Source: Clostridia bacterium
GTDB lineage: Bacteria > Bacillota > Clostridia > Oscillospirales > CAG-272
DNA length: 61,261 nt
NCBI GenBank assembly: GCA_017455185.1
Contig: JAFTBN010000049.1
Coordinates: 1 to 61,261 of the forward strand
Direction: 5' to 3'
Under the pieces are notes generated by a model. That model was not told where the DNA came from, did no database searches, and saw only the letters and a program-made list of their open reading frames with translations. A program made the translations under genes and the position numbers. Of the stretch, positions 29,770 through 39,271 are shown in pieces. The stretch's first letter is position 1; the number at the start of each line of letters is the position of its first letter.

Positions 29770-30777
29770 TCAGGATCCGTTTCGGATCAATGTTTCGATT
29801 TTCAAAAATTCTTCGGGGAGCGGGCAGGTAAAGTGCATCCTTTCCCCGGTACGCGGATGAATCAGGTCCAACTCTGCCGCATGCAGACATTGGCCGTGTA
29901 TGAGTTTCTTGTGCTCCCGGTAAAACGGGGTTCCGCAGCCCCCGTAGAGCTCGTCGCCCAGAAGCGGATGTCCCAGGTAGGCCATATGCACCCGGATCTG
30001 GTGGGTTCTTCCGGTTTCCAGCCGGCATTCCAGATGATCGAATCCGGGATAGGACTCCAGCACGCGGTAATGCGTGACGGCATCCCTGGCGGAAACCGAC
30101 GGGTCTTTGACCACGGCCATCTTTTTGCGGTCCTGGGGATTGCGGCCGATCGGTTCGTGTACGGTTCCGCACGCCTCCCTCATGTGTCCCACGCACAAAG
30201 CGTGATACACCCGGGCCAGCGTATGCGTTTTGAGCTGTTCGGAGAGAGCCGCGTGCGCCGCGTCGTTCTTGGCCACGACCAAAAGGCCGCTTGTGTCCTT
30301 GTCAATCCGGTGCACGATTCCGGGTCTTGCGACGCCCCCGATGCCCGAGAGAGAATCCCGGCAATGGAAAAGCAGCGCGTTGACCAGCGTTCCCTTTTCG
30401 TTGCCCGGTGCGGGATGGACCACCATCCCCACAGGTTTGTTCACCACAAGGATGTCCCCGTCCTCGTACACGATGTCCAGCGCTATGTCTTCGGGTTCGA
30501 CCTGTGCGTCCTGCAGGGGCGGAATGAGGACAAGATAGATCTGCCCGGGTTCCACCCGGACCTTTTTGTCCTGCGGCAGGCCCCCAAGGCTCACCCGGCC
30601 CTCTTCGAGCCAGTGCGCCACCCGGTTCCTCGAAAGGCCGGACTTTTTCGCCAGCCAGCTGTCCAGGCGTTCCCCCGCGGCCTCCGGTTCCACCTCAAAA
30701 GTCTGAGGAAGATCGGACGTTGCGTCCTCGGGCAGATCCGGCCCGTCGTACAGGCCGAAGTCTTCGGGCTCAGGCAT
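29770..30777 (-). CDS. rluD: RluA/RluD-family pseudouridine synthase with S4 domain
   Basis: ERLD, VNKPVGMVVHP, HRIDKDTSG, LETGRTHQIRVH. Confidence 0.9.
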   Translation of the reverse strand: MPEPEDFGLYDGPDLPEDATSDLPQTFEVEPEAAGERLDSWLAKKSGLSRNRVAHWLEEGRVSLGGLPQDKKVRVEPGQIYLVLIPPLQDAQVEPEDIALDIVYEDGDILVVNKPVGMVVHPAPGNEKGTLVNALLFHCRDSLSGIGGVARPGIVHRIDKDTSGLLVVAKNDAAHAALSEQLKTHTLARVYHALCVGHMREACGTVHEPIGRNPQDRKKMAVVKDPSVSARDAVTHYRVLESYPGFDHLECRLETGRTHQIRVHMAYLGHPLLGDELYGGCGTPFYREHKKLIHGQCLHAAELDLIHPRTGERMHFTCPLPEEFLKIETLIRNGS

Positions 30778-31465
30778 CCTGCTCCGGATCTTCCGGGTCC
30801 TCCCCGGCCGGTCCGTCCTCCGGTTGTTTCTTTTCTTCTTCCGTCTCCGGTTCAGACCCGGATTCCGATTCGGGTCCGGGCTCTTCCGTTTCGGAAGGCT
30901 GCGCGTCGGCATAAGTCTCTTCGCCCGCGTCGGACTCCGGGCCTGCCGCCGGGATTGGTTCGGTTGGCGCGTTTTGCGCGTCCCCGGTTCCCTGCGCCCC
31001 TTTCTTTCTGAATTCCCTGATCAAACGGATCAGAAGATAGACGATGATGATCATCGCACCGACCACCACGCAGGCGTCCGCGATATTGAAAATCCATTTC
31101 CAGAACGGGAACAGATAGAAATCACAGAAATCCACCACATAGTTGAGTCGTATGCGGTCGATCATATTGGCAACGCCTCCGCCGATGATCAGGGACAGCG
31201 GAATGGTAAACCACTTGGAATCTTTGCGGCTCCGGTACAGATAGACCGTCAGGGCCAGCAAGGCAATGGTGGAAATCACCATGAAAACCCAGCGATGGTC
31301 GGACAGCATGCCGAACGCGGCGCCTTCGTTATGAATATAGGTCAGACGAAATACATGCGGGATGAGGTCGACCGACTCAAGCTCTTCCATGTTCTGGACC
31401 ACCAGAATCTTGGAAATCTGGTCGACCGCAATCACCGCCGCGATGACAACAGCGAACAGGATCAA
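30770..31465 (-). CDS. lspA: Lipoprotein signal peptidase II with long acidic tail
   Basis: DQISK, NEGAAFG, GGVANMIDR, FNIAD; TTG start after AAAGGAGG. Confidence 0.92.
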   Translation of the reverse strand: MILFAVVIAAVIAVDQISKILVVQNMEELESVDLIPHVFRLTYIHNEGAAFGMLSDHRWVFMVISTIALLALTVYLYRSRKDSKWFTIPLSLIIGGGVANMIDRIRLNYVVDFCDFYLFPFWKWIFNIADACVVVGAMIIIVYLLIRLIREFRKKGAQGTGDAQNAPTEPIPAAGPESDAGEETYADAQPSETEEPGPESESGSEPETEEEKKQPEDGPAGEDPEDPEQDA

Positions 31466-31518
31466 ATGGGCGCCTCCTTTCTTTCCCCACGGCGCCCGGG
31501 CGCCGGTGCGGGATCTGA

Positions 31519-34323
31519 TTACAGTCTGAGTATCCTGCGGCATTTCTCGCACAGGAATCCGCCGTCCTCGGTGTGCAGTCCGACCGTGGAGAAACTCCAG
31601 CAGCGGTCGCATTTCTCACCGTCCGCCGGTTCAACCGACACGGCGATGCCCGATACGGTCTCGCTGAAGGCACCTTCGGGCGCTTTCCCGCGCACCACGC
31701 AGGCGCCAGAGGTGATGAAGACGGTTGCCAGTTCGTCGCCGAAGGACTCCAGCTTATCGGCCAGCGCGTCATCCGATACGTAGATGGCGACCTTGGCATC
31801 CAGCGATTTGCCGATCTTCTTGTCGGCTCTGGCCAGCTCGAGCGCCTTCATGACGTCGTCCCGCAAATCGAACAGTTCGTTCCAGCGGGCAAGGACCTCA
31901 GCCTGACGTCCGGCCAGCGCCTCGTCGTAGGACGGCAGCTCGTTGAGGAATACGCTTCTCGTGTCGTCGACCGCCTTGTGCGGCATGACGCGCCATACTT
32001 CCTCGGCCGTGAAGACGATCATCGGAGCCAGGAGCCGGACCAGTCTGGAAAGGACATAATACAAAGCGGTCTGCCCCGAACGGCGCTGTACGCTATCGCG
32101 GCCTCCGGTGTACATACGGTCCTTGGTGATATCGATGTACAGTTTGGAAATGTCGATGGTGCAGAACCGGTTGAGCGCGTGGTAAGCCACGTGGAACTCA
32201 TAGGTGTCATAGGCCCTGCGCGCTTCGCGCACCACCTCGTTGGTCCGGGCGATCATCCACCGGTCGAGTTCGAGCAGATCTTCCTCGCGGACCGTATCGG
32301 TGTCCGGATTGAAATCATTCAGGTTGGCCAGCATAATCCGGATGGTATTGCGGATCTTGCGGTACACGTCCGAAAGCTGCTTGAAGATGGCGTCCGAGCA
32401 GCGGACGTCCACGTGGTAGTCGCTCGAAGCGGCCCACATGCGAACCAGGTCCGCGCCGTATTTAGCCACCATCTCATCCGGGCTTACGGTGTTGCCCAGA
32501 GATTTGTGCATGGCCTTGCCTTCACCGTCCACGGTCCAGCCGTGCGTCAGGACCGAACGGTAGGGCGCGCCCTCCCCTTTGGCTCCCACGGCGGTCAAAA
32601 GCGAAGACTGGAACCAGCCGCGGTATTGGTCGCCGCCTTCCAGGTACAGATCGGCCGGCCAGCTGACCTTGTCTTCCTTGCGTCCCTCCAGCACGGCAAA
32701 GTGCGAAGAGCCCGAGTCGAACCAGCCGTCCAGCGTATTGGTCTCCTTGGTGAACGAATGCGAGCCGCAATACGGGCAGGCGAAATCCTTCGGAAGAAGG
32801 TCTTCGGCTTCCATTTCGAACCAGCAGTTGGATCCTTTCTGTCCGAACAGTTCGGACACGCGGCCGATGGTTTCGTCGGTGCAGACCGGCTTGCCGCAGT
32901 CGCGGCAGTAGAAGACCGGGATCGGCAGACCCCAATGTCTCTGACGGGAAATGCACCAGTCGGCTCTCTCGCGGACCATCTGGATGATGCGGTCCTCGCC
33001 CCAGGCGGGAATCCAGTTGACCTTCCGGCAGGCCTCGACCGCCTCTTCCTTGAACGCTTCGACCGAGCAGAACCACTGCGGGGTTGCGCGGAAGATGATC
33101 GGGTTCTTGCATCTCCAGCAATGCGGATATTCGTGCTCCATCTCGGAATAGGCGAAGAGCGCGCCGCTTTGCTGCAGGTCGTTGAAAATCACTTCGTTGG
33201 ATTCGGCATAGCTCAGGCCCGCGTACTTGCCGGCCTCGGCGGTCTGGTATCCGCGGTCGTCCACCGGCACCAGGATATCCATATGATACCGTTTGCCGGT
33301 TTCAAAGTCGTCCGCGCCGAATCCGGGAGCGGTGTGCACGCAGCCCGTACCCGAATCCATGGTCACGTAATCCGCGGTGACCACCATGGAATCCCGGTCC
33401 AGGAACGGATGCCGGGTGGACATGTATTCCATATCGGCACCGCGCAGTTTGCGCAGGACCTTGTAATCCGTTTTGCCTGCCGCCGCCATCACGTTCTCCA
33501 GCAGCGCCTCGGCCACGATCAGGTTCTCCCCGTCGACCTGCGCCACGACGTAGTCGGCCTCGGGCTGGACCGCGATGGCCATGTTGCCCGGGAGCGTCCA
33601 GGTGGTCGTCGTCCAGATGACGACGTAGGTCCGGTCGAGATCCAGGCCTTCCAGAAGGCCCTTGTCCTTGGTGACGCGGAATTTGACGTAGATGGATTTG
33701 ACTTTGTCGGTGTTGTATTCGATTTCGGCCTCGGCCAGCGCCGTCTCGTCCTTGGGGCACCAGTACACCGGCTTCATTCCCTTGTAGATATACCCCTTCT
33801 TGTACATCTCGCCGAACACGCGGACTTCGCGCGCCTCGAACGAGGGATCCATGGTCAGATAAGGGTTCTCCCAGTCGCCGGTCACGCCCAGACGGATGAA
33901 CTGATCCCGCTGGATGTTCACGAAGTTGGTGGCAAACTCGAAGCATTTGCTTCTGAAATCCGGGATGGACATCTTCTTGCGGTCGATCTTGTTCTTCTTG
34001 ATGATCGCCGACTCGATCGGCATACCGTGGTTATCCCAGCCCGGGATGTAGGGCGTATAGAACCCTTCCATCGTCTTGGATTTGTTGATGAAATCTTTCA
34101 GGATCTTGTTGAGCGCCGTCCCCATGTGAATGTTCCCGTTGGAAAAGGGAGGGCCGTCATGCAGGACGAAAGAAGGCTTTCCTTCGTTCTTCTGCAGCAT
34201 GGTCTTGTACAGATTGAGCTCGTTCCAGTACCTGAGCAGTTCGGGCTCGCGCTGCGGCAGATTGGCGCGCATCGCAAAGTCTGTGGTCGGTAAGTTTAAA
34301 GATTCGGTATAATCCTTTGCCAT
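31519..34323 (-). CDS. ileS: Isoleucyl-tRNA synthetase (bacterial type 1)
   Basis: HDGPP, HMGT, WTTTTWTLP, GTGCVH, DWCISRQR, AMHKS, C-terminal zinc finger CDRCW...CEKC. Confidence 0.97.
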   Translation of the reverse strand: MAKDYTESLNLPTTDFAMRANLPQREPELLRYWNELNLYKTMLQKNEGKPSFVLHDGPPFSNGNIHMGTALNKILKDFINKSKTMEGFYTPYIPGWDNHGMPIESAIIKKNKIDRKKMSIPDFRSKCFEFATNFVNIQRDQFIRLGVTGDWENPYLTMDPSFEAREVRVFGEMYKKGYIYKGMKPVYWCPKDETALAEAEIEYNTDKVKSIYVKFRVTKDKGLLEGLDLDRTYVVIWTTTTWTLPGNMAIAVQPEADYVVAQVDGENLIVAEALLENVMAAAGKTDYKVLRKLRGADMEYMSTRHPFLDRDSMVVTADYVTMDSGTGCVHTAPGFGADDFETGKRYHMDILVPVDDRGYQTAEAGKYAGLSYAESNEVIFNDLQQSGALFAYSEMEHEYPHCWRCKNPIIFRATPQWFCSVEAFKEEAVEACRKVNWIPAWGEDRIIQMVRERADWCISRQRHWGLPIPVFYCRDCGKPVCTDETIGRVSELFGQKGSNCWFEMEAEDLLPKDFACPYCGSHSFTKETNTLDGWFDSGSSHFAVLEGRKEDKVSWPADLYLEGGDQYRGWFQSSLLTAVGAKGEGAPYRSVLTHGWTVDGEGKAMHKSLGNTVSPDEMVAKYGADLVRMWAASSDYHVDVRCSDAIFKQLSDVYRKIRNTIRIMLANLNDFNPDTDTVREEDLLELDRWMIARTNEVVREARRAYDTYEFHVAYHALNRFCTIDISKLYIDITKDRMYTGGRDSVQRRSGQTALYYVLSRLVRLLAPMIVFTAEEVWRVMPHKAVDDTRSVFLNELPSYDEALAGRQAEVLARWNELFDLRDDVMKALELARADKKIGKSLDAKVAIYVSDDALADKLESFGDELATVFITSGACVVRGKAPEGAFSETVSGIAVSVEPADGEKCDRCWSFSTVGLHTEDGGFLCEKCRRILRL

Positions 34324-34491
34324 TGTTCTTCTCCATCTATGCTTCAATGTTTTTTAACGGTATTTTTACGTTGCAACTCTTCCGGGACTCGCGCCTCGCG
34401 TACGCACGTGCGCGGGTGCGCGCAAAAAGAAATCCACGGCGGACCCGGAAGGAAAACCGCCGTTTCATTGTATCGCATTGCCGGGGCGCCC

Positions 34492-34782
34492 TCAGAAAGA
34501 GACAAACCCCAGGATCAGTTCCAGGAGCCACAGAAACAGGACCGCCGCCAGAAAAGGCACGTCCATCGGGGTGGACTGAAACCAGTTCATTTTGTAAAAC
34601 AGCTTGCGGAACGGCAGAATCACCGGCTCGGTGATAAACGTCATGAAAGCCGAAATCTTGTTATCCTCATCGGTAAACCACGACAACACGGCCCGGATCA
34701 GCAGCGCGAACTGCAAAAGGCCGAGCACCACCATGACCGTCCGGGCCAGAACCTGCCCGACCGTCAGCAAAACCTCATTCAC
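34492..34782 (-). CDS. ylmG: YggT/YlmG family membrane protein
   Basis: IRAVLSWF...ITEP..PFR; follows sepF. Confidence 0.85.
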   Translation of the reverse strand: MNEVLLTVGQVLARTVMVVLGLLQFALLIRAVLSWFTDEDNKISAFMTFITEPVILPFRKLFYKMNWFQSTPMDVPFLAAVLFLWLLELILGFVSF

Positions 34783-34802
34783 GGACGTTCTCCTTCCCCG
34801 TG

Positions 34803-35339
34803 TTACTCTTCCTCATCCCCTTCTGCCGAATTGGCAGCCGGAGCATTTTTCTGGATCATGGAACTGATGTCCACGCCTTTCGGAGCGGCAACCAGGGTAT
34901 TCTGGTTGGTCTTCTTCAGATCCGCGTCCAGCGCGTACACCGCGCCCGAAAGGAAGTCCACGAAACGCAGGGCGTTTTCATGGTTCATGGCGCTGATGTC
35001 GATGACGACGATGCAGTTCTCCCGGAGCAGGTCCACGAAATTCATGGCCTCGTTCGGCTTGATGGGCTTGACCAGTTTCAGGGAAACGTGTTCCGCCCTG
35101 GCCGGTGCGGGAGCAGGAGCCGGAGCGGGTGCGGGTGCGGGCGCGACAGCCGGTTTCACGGTCTGCACGGGCGCCGGAGCGGGCTCTTCCTCGGGTTCGT
35201 CGAAATCATCCATGGGATCCGCTTCGCTTCCCTGGCCGAATTCCTCGGCTCCGCCGTAATAGGTTCCGTTGTATGCGTCGTCGGCTTCCGCGTTGTTCTT
35301 TTTGCCTGTGCCGAAAATCTTATCCAGTATAGACATCAT
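34803..35339 (-). CDS. sepF: Cell division protein SepF
   Basis: RFVDFLSGAVYALD; between yggS and yggT; Pro-Ala linker. Confidence 0.9.
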   Translation of the reverse strand: MMSILDKIFGTGKKNNAEADDAYNGTYYGGAEEFGQGSEADPMDDFDEPEEEPAPAPVQTVKPAVAPAPAPAPAPAPAPARAEHVSLKLVKPIKPNEAMNFVDLLRENCIVVIDISAMNHENALRFVDFLSGAVYALDADLKKTNQNTLVAAPKGVDISSMIQKNAPAANSAEGDEEE

Positions 35340-36091
35340 GCCCCTCCATTTACAGTCGTTTCTTCATTTTCTTCCGAACCGGAACGGTCAAACAGGGTCC
35401 GGCCCACCCGGACCATCGTAGCCCCCTCCAGGATTGCCTCCCGGTAGCTCTGGGACATCCCCATAGAAAATACAGGTCTTTCTATATTATGCAGTTTTTC
35501 AGTCCAGATGTCAAGGCAAAGTCGATAAGTTTCGCGAAAATAATTGCGATATTCCCCGGCGCTTTGGCACACCGGGGCCATGGTCATGAATCCGCGCAGC
35601 CTCAGGTGAGACATCCCGGCGATCGCCAGGCACAGTTCCCCGGCCTGCTCGGGCATCACCCCGCTCTTGTTTTCCTCGCGTCCCGAGTTGATTTCCACCA
35701 GCACGTCCATCGTGCACCCGGCCTTTTCGCACCGCCGCTCGATTTCCTGCGCCAGCTCGGCCGAGTCGACCGAATGGATCATGCAGACCTTGCCGATCAG
35801 GTACTTGACCTTGTTCTTCTGCAATGTCCCTATAAAATGGAACCGCACTTCGTCCCTGTTCGGAAGGGCCTCGTAGTGCGCCAGGAGCTGCTGGACCCGG
35901 TTCTCCCCGACGTCCCGGACGCCCCCCGGCCCGCACAGATAGGCGATTTCCCCGTCGTCCGCGTACTTGACCGCCGCGACCAGGGTGACGTCGGACTCAT
36001 CCCGTCCGGCCTGCTTTGCCGCCTCCCTTATGCCCTGCCGGACCTTTCCGGTCTGCCGGGCGATATACGAATAATCGTTGATATTATCCAT
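35336..36091 (-). CDS. yggS: YggS-family PLP homeostasis protein
   Basis: LVAAVK, GENRVQ, HFIGTLQKNK, SMGMS, VRVGR. Confidence 0.95.
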   Translation of the reverse strand: MDNINDYSYIARQTGKVRQGIREAAKQAGRDESDVTLVAAVKYADDGEIAYLCGPGGVRDVGENRVQQLLAHYEALPNRDEVRFHFIGTLQKNKVKYLIGKVCMIHSVDSAELAQEIERRCEKAGCTMDVLVEINSGREENKSGVMPEQAGELCLAIAGMSHLRLRGFMTMAPVCQSAGEYRNYFRETYRLCLDIWTEKLHNIERPVFSMGMSQSYREAILEGATMVRVGRTLFDRSGSEENEETTVNGGA

Positions 36092-36098
36092 GTTTCAC

Positions 36099-37637
36099 CT
36101 ATTTCAGAATCTTTCCGTCGTACAGGTTGCGCCCGTACGTAATGATCTGGTCGTTGAGGTTGAGAAAGTCCCCGAAGTCCAAATCCCCCTCGTGGAGATA
36201 AGACAGAGCCTTTGCCTCATCTCCGCCCGTCCTGAGCACCTCGCTGTACTGGGCGTACCGGGCTTCTTTGGCCGTGCGTTCCTCGGCGATGACGTATCCG
36301 TCCCCCTCGTAGAGAACGGTGATCCGTCGGAAGCGCACCACGCTCCCGTCGAGCACGTACACACCCGGTTTTCCGTCCACATACTGAATCACTTTCCGGG
36401 GCACGTGGTAGCCCGAGGTATCCGACAGACGGATCCGTACGGCCTGGGCCCTTGTGTAGTGGAAGCCCGAGGGCATGACCGAGGTCTCGAACACCATCAC
36501 GGCCCCGTCGGTCTCGGAGAACAGCACGCGGTTGAGTTCCATGCGTACGGGCGTGGAAGCCATTTCGTCAAAGGTCAGATAGAAAATCTGGTGGGGATAC
36601 GCCACGCAGGCAATCCGCCCGTCCACCTCGACCTGCCATCCGGCAAAGTCCCCGTAAGCGTCCTTCAGGGTCAGCACGTCGGCCTCCAGCGGCACCGCGA
36701 CGTACCACAGCGGCGAGGAGACGATCTTCCCGATCACCTGCCCCGCAGCCGAATCCCCCTCCTTTGAGGGCGAGAGGGTTCCGCTCTGGGAATCGATGAG
36801 CATTTTGAGTTTGAACGGGGTCAGCGAGGCAATCTGCGAGGAGGAGAACAGGGACTCGAACCCGTCCACCTCGGCTGCCCGGTAGAAATAACCGCTTCCG
36901 GTCGCGAAGCTCAGCGCCTCCCCGGGAATGCCGTCGTCCGGCATGGTGTATTCCCCCGCCATGGAAAAATTGCCCGGATTGGCCCCGTCGGGCCCGTAGA
37001 GCGTCGAGTTGTAGAAATCCACGCCGCTCTCGCTGTATTCCTTCACGGTCCGGTCCAGCTCGGCCCGCAAGCTCTCCAACCTCTGTTCGGCCGTCTGTTC
37101 CTGGCTGACCATCAGCTCCCGGCGGGTCATGTGGACAAGCAGGTTGTTCTTTGCGTTCTGCGCCGTGGCCAGATTGTCCTCGGACAGCGCAAAGCGGGTG
37201 TCCAGGCAGGCCTGGCGGATCCTGTAATTGGTCCGGTCGAGTTCGGACAGGTTGACCCCGCCCTTAAGCGCTTCCTGCAGGACCATGATCTGGTTCTGGA
37301 TCACCGAAAGATTTCTTTGCAGATCCTCTCCGGCTTCCTGGCCCGAAGCGCCCGTATAGATGGTTCCGAGCCGGGTGGCCGTCGCGACCTTTTCCCCGCT
37401 CTGGACCTCGTAGGTGACGGCTCCCTCCCGGTCGGTCCGGAGCACGGTTTCGGTCCGGAACAGATACCCGGTTCCGCTCAGGCTGTTCTCGCTGGTCGTC
37501 AGGGTCGCGCTCGCGACCGACACGGCCGGGGCGAACACGCCCGCCGCGTTGAGAAGGAAAAACGCCAGTAGGAGGAAGACCGCGCAAGCCGCGATCCGTC
37601 CCGGACGGCTCAGCCGGACCGGCTGTTTCTGCTGCAT
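36099..37637 (-). CDS. HlyD-like adaptor-fold membrane-anchored protein
   Basis: N-terminal TM, V..GEKV lipoyl half-motif, coiled coil, beta-rich C-terminus; precedes yggS. Confidence 0.7.
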   Translation of the reverse strand: MQQKQPVRLSRPGRIAACAVFLLLAFFLLNAAGVFAPAVSVASATLTTSENSLSGTGYLFRTETVLRTDREGAVTYEVQSGEKVATATRLGTIYTGASGQEAGEDLQRNLSVIQNQIMVLQEALKGGVNLSELDRTNYRIRQACLDTRFALSEDNLATAQNAKNNLLVHMTRRELMVSQEQTAEQRLESLRAELDRTVKEYSESGVDFYNSTLYGPDGANPGNFSMAGEYTMPDDGIPGEALSFATGSGYFYRAAEVDGFESLFSSSQIASLTPFKLKMLIDSQSGTLSPSKEGDSAAGQVIGKIVSSPLWYVAVPLEADVLTLKDAYGDFAGWQVEVDGRIACVAYPHQIFYLTFDEMASTPVRMELNRVLFSETDGAVMVFETSVMPSGFHYTRAQAVRIRLSDTSGYHVPRKVIQYVDGKPGVYVLDGSVVRFRRITVLYEGDGYVIAEERTAKEARYAQYSEVLRTGGDEAKALSYLHEGDLDFGDFLNLNDQIITYGRNLYDGKILK

Positions 37638-37761
37638 ACGCTCTCCTCCCTTCAACTTACATATATTCTCTCTGTATTCTATCACACAAGGGCCGGTTTG
37701 AAAACCCCAAATGCGCATATTTCGGCGTCCGCGCACGCAAAAAAAGACGGGGGGCCGGACA

Positions 37762-38724
37762 TCACGTCCCGCTCCCGCCGTCAAAAATCTGTTCAATATC
37801 CCGTTCCACGTCACGGGCGCCCCGCAGGGTCCCGTCCTCCCGGTCTGCGTACACAAAACGGATATAGGACTTGGCCCGGAACCAGGTCTGCTGGCGCTTG
37901 GCGTACTGCCCGGTGGAAAGGATCAGCCTCTCCCGGCACTCCTCAAGACTCGCCTGCCCCGTAAGACAGGGCAGCATTTCCTTGTATCCGATGGCCTGGG
38001 CCGCGGTCGCGTTCGACTCGAACACGCCGGCGCGAAGAAGCGCCTCGGTCTCCTCCAGAAGCCCCTCTCCCAGCATCCGGTCCACCCGTTCCCTGATCCT
38101 TGCCCGAAGGGTCTCGCGGCAGTGATAGTCCAGGCAGACCACCCGGGCGTCCGACTCGGCAAAGTTTTCCCGGCTCTTCTCGTCCCAGTTTGTTTTGGTC
38201 GTCCCGGTCAGGCGGTACATCTCCAGCGCCCGGATGACCCGCTTGCGGTTGTTGGGATGGATGGCCGCGGCCGCTTCGGGGTCCACTTCGGCCAGTCTGC
38301 GGTGCAGCGCCTCGTTGCCGTTCCGTTCCGCAAAGACCTCGGCCTCCCGGCGGAACGCCTCGTCCCGGATTTCGGGCCCGGAAACGCCGCCCCAGAGCAG
38401 CCGGTCCAGATACAGGCCGGTTCCCCCGACCAGAAGCGGGATTTTGCCTCTTTCCCGGATCTGTCCGATTTCGCGCGATGCCAGGGTCACATACTCCCCG
38501 ACCGAAAAAGGCACTTTTGGGTCCAGCGTCCCGCACAGCCGGTGCGGCACCGACGCCTGCTCCTCGGCCGTGGGAGCCGCCGTGCCGATGGGCATGTCGC
38601 GGTAGATCTGCATGGAGTCGCACAGAACGATTTCAACCGGACGCGACGCGGCATAGGCAAGCGCGAAAGCCGTTTTTCCGCCCGCCGTCGGACCGACCAG
38701 GGCCCGAATGGGAATTCGATTCAT
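37762..38724 (-). CDS. miaA: tRNA dimethylallyltransferase
   Basis: GPTAGGKT, DSMQIY, VGGTGLY, IHPNNRKRVIRALE, YAKRQ.TWF. Confidence 0.97.
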   Translation of the reverse strand: MNRIPIRALVGPTAGGKTAFALAYAASRPVEIVLCDSMQIYRDMPIGTAAPTAEEQASVPHRLCGTLDPKVPFSVGEYVTLASREIGQIRERGKIPLLVGGTGLYLDRLLWGGVSGPEIRDEAFRREAEVFAERNGNEALHRRLAEVDPEAAAAIHPNNRKRVIRALEMYRLTGTTKTNWDEKSRENFAESDARVVCLDYHCRETLRARIRERVDRMLGEGLLEETEALLRAGVFESNATAAQAIGYKEMLPCLTGQASLEECRERLILSTGQYAKRQQTWFRAKSYIRFVYADREDGTLRGARDVERDIEQIFDGGSGT

Positions 38725-38854
38725 GGCAAAACCTCCTGTAGGGGATAATGGTAAGAAGCGGTCAAAGAATCAGCATCGCGTCGCCGAAGATGACGGCTTA
38801 TAGGATAGGACCGATCGGTAAAAGGCATTTCGGCACAAAAGCCATGCCGAATCA

Positions 38855-38920
38855 TCAAAACAGGTCGCTGTGAGTACCTGTTCTGGAAAGATACAAGATA
38901 GAAGGCTTGACCTCATACTT
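38855..38920 (-). pseudogene. yafQ: YafQ-type toxin remnant
   Basis: Minus frame KYEVKPS-ILYLSRTGTHSDLF*: YafQ-like N- and C-termini joined with the core missing. Confidence 0.75.
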
Positions 38921-39194
38921 CGCCGAGAATATCCTCCATCATCTGATCGACGTCTCGATAGGATTTATACTTTTCCGGGTGGTGTCTCATTTCTTCGGTT
39001 TCTTTCATTGCCGCAAGCGTCACGGCGTTAGGTACCTCCCTTGTGATGGTGAACGGGAACGCCCCTTCATAAACCATTTGTTTCAAGAAAATATTGACAG
39101 CGGTAGAAAGATCCATACCGAAATCAGAAAGCAATTCCTGCGCTTTTTTCTTTGTGTCAGCATCAATCGTGATATTGGTTGATACTTTAGGCAT
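38913..39194 (-). CDS. RelB/DinJ-family antitoxin
   Basis: NITIDADTKKKAQ...GMDLSTAVNIFLKQ...FPF...PNAVTLAAM. Confidence 0.92.
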   Translation of the reverse strand: MPKVSTNITIDADTKKKAQELLSDFGMDLSTAVNIFLKQMVYEGAFPFTITREVPNAVTLAAMKETEEMRHHPEKYKSYRDVDQMMEDILGEV

Positions 39195-39271
39195 ATCATC
39201 ACCTACCTTCGTTTTTGTTATGCTCATATTATGCGCATTTGTCAACTATATATTCGCATTATGTTGAATTT

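Noticed and set aside
39225-39270. dif/Xer site (TTATGTTGAAT and ATGCGCATAAT resemble XerD and XerC arms)
   Set aside because: The two arms are not in the 11-6-11 arrangement or orientation
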